A stretch of DNA of 32,562 nucleotides from Flavobacteriales bacterium (GTDB taxonomy: Bacteria > Bacteroidota > Bacteroidia > Flavobacteriales > BACL11), in NCBI GenBank assembly GCA_018695965.1, contig JABHQB010000049.1:1-32562 (forward strand), given 5' to 3'. Position numbers and translations under genes: made by a program. The notes under the pieces are model-generated. The model did no database searches. It saw only the letters and a program-made list of their open reading frames with translations, and was not told the DNA's origin. Of the stretch, positions 29,879-32,562 are shown piece after piece (within the stretch, counting starts at the first letter, position 1; every line of letters starts with the position of its first letter).

Positions 29879-30634
29879 ATGATAAAAGAGGAAGGGAAAT
29901 TCAAATGGATTGAAGAAGGTAAAGGAGGACATCCAATAATCCTTTTACATGGACTGATGGGAGGTTGCGATAATTTTGGGGAAATGGTTGATTTCATCTC
30001 TGAAGAGTATCATGTTTACGGTCTTGATTTAAAACTTTTTAAAGGAAGACTACTTAAGGTGTCTGTTAAAAGCTTAAGCGATTATCTTTATAAATTTATG
30101 AATCAACTCGGTATAAAAAGTGCTGTTCTGATTGGTAATTCTATGGGGGGGCATATTGCATTAATTTTTGCGAAAGAACACCCAGAAATGGTTGATGGAA
30201 TGATACTTACTGGGAGTTCTGGACTTTTCGAGAATTCATTAGGATCATCTTTTCCAAGGAGAGGAGATAAAGACTATATTAGAACTAAAGCGGAAGAGGT
30301 TTTTTATGACCCTAAAGTAGCAACTGATGAATTAGTTGATCGAATATTTGAAATTGCAAATAATCGAATTTCTGTATTAAAACTATTAGGATATGCTAAG
30401 TCTGCTATCAGACATAATATGGCAAATGATATTCCAAATTTAAAACAACAAACTTGTTTAATTTGGGGAGCAAACGATAAAGTAACTCCTCCTCATGTTG
30501 CTGAAGAATTTCATAAATTACTTCCTAATTCAGAACTAAATTGGATAAAGAAATGTGGACATGCTGCAATGTGGGAACACCCAAAACCATTTAGTGAGAT
30601 TGTTCTGAAATGGTTAAAAGATCATAATATCTAA
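29879..30634 (+). CDS. Alpha/beta-fold hydrolase
   Basis: HG oxyanion motif (PIILLHGLMGG), nucleophile elbow GNSMGG, and a C-terminal catalytic His context (CGHAAMWEHP). I chose the ATG at 29879. Confidence 0.8.
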   Translation: MIKEEGKFKWIEEGKGGHPIILLHGLMGGCDNFGEMVDFISEEYHVYGLDLKLFKGRLLKVSVKSLSDYLYKFMNQLGIKSAVLIGNSMGGHIALIFAKEHPEMVDGMILTGSSGLFENSLGSSFPRRGDKDYIRTKAEEVFYDPKVATDELVDRIFEIANNRISVLKLLGYAKSAIRHNMANDIPNLKQQTCLIWGANDKVTPPHVAEEFHKLLPNSELNWIKKCGHAAMWEHPKPFSEIVLKWLKDHNI

Positions 30635-30643
30635 TATTTTCTC

Positions 30644-31258
30644 ATGAAGATTAAAAGTGCCGAATTTGTAATAAGCAATACGGACTATAAGCTCTGCCCA
30701 AAGGAGACACATCCTGAATATGCTTTTATTGGAAGATCAAATGTTGGGAAATCTTCTTTAATAAACGCATTAGTTAACAGAAAAAATCTGGCCAAAACTT
30801 CTGGGAAACCTGGAAAAACACAACTTATAAATCATTTTAAAATAAATGATAGTTGGTTCTTGGTGGATTTACCAGGATACGGATATGCGTCTACATCTAA
30901 AACTAATAGGGAGATGTTTAAAGAGATGATTAATAAATATCTTTTAAATAGAAAAAATCTTATTTGCCTATTTGTTTTGTTAGATATTAGGCATAACCCT
31001 CAATCTATAGACTTAGAGTTTATGGAGAAAATGGGACAAGAAAAAATACCTTTTGTAATGGTATTTACAAAATCTGATAAAATATCTCAGACACAAATAA
31101 GTAAAAACATAAAACTCTATAAAACTGAAATGTTAAAACAATGGGAATATCTTCCTGACATGTTTATCACATCTTCAGAAAATCAAAATGGAATATCTGA
31201 AATCTTGAAATTTATTGAAGAATATAATGAAGAGTTCAATCCTACTTTGATTCAATAA
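30644..31258 (+). CDS. engB: Ribosome-biogenesis GTPase YihA/YsxC (EngB)
   Basis: G1 motif GRSNVGKSSLINAL, G3 motif DLPGYGYA, G4 motif TKSDK, and a size of about 200 aa. Confidence 0.9.
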   Translation: MKIKSAEFVISNTDYKLCPKETHPEYAFIGRSNVGKSSLINALVNRKNLAKTSGKPGKTQLINHFKINDSWFLVDLPGYGYASTSKTNREMFKEMINKYLLNRKNLICLFVLLDIRHNPQSIDLEFMEKMGQEKIPFVMVFTKSDKISQTQISKNIKLYKTEMLKQWEYLPDMFITSSENQNGISEILKFIEEYNEEFNPTLIQ

Positions 31259-31574
31259 TTTTAGTCTCCTCAGCAAAAAATTTACAATAATCTCTTAAAG
31301 CTCCTGCAAGTTTATCTTGACCTGTTGATTTTGATAAAGTGTTTGCCATAGACATTAATGTTTGATGATACATAATAAACATTTCATTCACCATCATGTC
31401 TTTTGTCCATAATGGCACTATTAAAGTTTCTTTTGTTTTTTGATCCCAAGCAGCAATCATTAATGACTTTAATAAAACATCCTCAGCCTGATTATCTGAG
31501 GAATTCATTATAATTTTTTTTGGAACATTGTTGTCGTCAAGTTCTAAATCGAAAGTTAATTTTGATTTATTCAT
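31242..31574 (-). CDS. gldC: Gliding motility protein GldC
   Basis: 110 aa with KETLIVPLWTKDMMVNEM and a C-terminal DYCKFFAEE, as I remember for GldC. It lies immediately downstream of gldB, as in Flavobacterium johnsoniae. Confidence 0.8.
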   Translation of the reverse strand: MNKSKLTFDLELDDNNVPKKIIMNSSDNQAEDVLLKSLMIAAWDQKTKETLIVPLWTKDMMVNEMFIMYHQTLMSMANTLSKSTGQDKLAGALRDYCKFFAEETKIIESK

Positions 31575-32548
31575 TATGGTTTATATTTTGATTTTAATAA
31601 TATCTCTTGAGAATTAGTATTTTTCATTAAATCTAATAAACTAACACCCTCATTCTTCATGTACTGATTTACAATCTGATATCCAACCCAATATCCTAAT
31701 CTCCCAGGAGATTCTTTTGGCATGCCCTTTGTAAAAGGAGAATCATTGAAAAATGAAATGTAATTAGATTCATCTAATTCATATAATATATCCATCTTAA
31801 GAATTTCATTCCAAATATTCTGTTCATGGGTTTTACACCATTTCAAATCTTTTTCAGCAAACCTCAAAATTATATTATCTGCTTCTTCTGGAAGAAACTC
31901 ATTCATTATATACATTATTTTTCCTTTAAGAATTAACTCTTCTAGAAAAGTTTTACTGTCTTGAGTCTCTATAAATTCACTTGAAATCCAATATTCCACT
32001 GCATCAGCAATCATGAATTTTTCATCATAACGAGTTTTTAAATAATCATAAACAGTATTAAACATTGGATTGTCTTTCCCCAAATAAAAATCTAAGCCAA
32101 TGATTAGATTATTGTTATATGAATCTATCCCGAAAGAATTAAATGCATTAATGAAAATGATATTTTCAGGTATTTTGTTTTCCGGAAAATGATATTTATA
32201 AATTCCAAAAGATTCATTTATCTTATTTGAGATCTCTTTTGTATTAGTAAAATAATTATCAATTTTATTTTGAAGTAAAACAACTCCAGAGAACGAGGTA
32301 AACGATAAAATATTCTTTCTTTTTATAGAGTCGTTACTATTTATCATTGCAATATGGTTATTCAGATAATAATCTGTCAATCCTGGGAATTTAGACTCAA
32401 TCTGATTAAGTTGCTTGTCATAATTTTCATCATTAATTTTAGAAAAATTCTTATCAAATCTATAAATAGGAATATCCACCTCTACTTTATCTTGTTTTAC
32501 ACAAGAATTAAGAACAAAAAAGATTAATAGTATTTTTATGAATTTCAT
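31574..32548 (-). CDS. gldB: Gliding motility lipoprotein GldB
   Basis: Lipoprotein signal MKFIKILLIFFVLNSC, a size of about 320 aa, and a C-terminal PGRLGYWVGYQIV block. Pairing with gldC supports the call (the stop shares 1 nt with the gldC start). Confidence 0.8.
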   Translation of the reverse strand: MKFIKILLIFFVLNSCVKQDKVEVDIPIYRFDKNFSKINDENYDKQLNQIESKFPGLTDYYLNNHIAMINSNDSIKRKNILSFTSFSGVVLLQNKIDNYFTNTKEISNKINESFGIYKYHFPENKIPENIIFINAFNSFGIDSYNNNLIIGLDFYLGKDNPMFNTVYDYLKTRYDEKFMIADAVEYWISSEFIETQDSKTFLEELILKGKIMYIMNEFLPEEADNIILRFAEKDLKWCKTHEQNIWNEILKMDILYELDESNYISFFNDSPFTKGMPKESPGRLGYWVGYQIVNQYMKNEGVSLLDLMKNTNSQEILLKSKYKP

Positions 32549-32562
32549 TAATGCAAATGTAT

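Noticed and set aside
29797-29997. 66-aa minus-strand ORF across the mraZ/hydrolase intergenic region
   Set aside because: It overlaps the 5' end of the alpha/beta hydrolase and the putative promoter. It is Pro/Ser-rich shadow sequence with no support.

Overview
AT-rich, very gene-dense chromosomal segment from a gliding member of the Bacteroidota, most likely Flavobacteriia. The taxonomic call rests on gldB-gldC, a murF-less dcw cluster, TAnnTTTG-type promoter boxes and the absence of Shine-Dalgarno sequences. Most of the window is core housekeeping. On the minus strand, topA is followed by an arginase-fold gene that runs off the left edge. A tightly coupled plus-strand block holds miaB, a sigma-54 activator, lptE, a hypothetical gene and secG, followed by groES-groEL. 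A 13-gene, about 15.2 kb dcw cell-wall and division operon (mraZ to ftsZ) lies on the minus strand. After it come an alpha/beta hydrolase with engB, then convergent gldC-gldB. The only accessory-looking stretch is about 9.0-14.4 kb. It holds two tandem paralogous membrane proteins that share an 'NVSYASFPV' signal-peptide junction, encoded by a 25-nt exact DNA repeat. The second of these has no in-frame stop before a bidirectional terminator and runs antisense into groEL. Diverging from that pair is a four-gene operon: a KamA-family radical-SAM/PLP 2,3-aminomutase, 3-oxoacid CoA-transferase subunits A and B, and a GSA-aminomutase-like class-III aminotransferase. This is my best candidate for an uncharacterised system, namely a beta-amino-acid catabolic module that lacks the classical lysine-fermentation genes and recalls the poorly understood B. 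subtilis kamA-yodT operon. A clear MraZ-type operator (GTGG repeats at 10-bp phasing) sits upstream of mraZ. I saw no tRNA or rRNA genes, CRISPR arrays, transposases or integrases.
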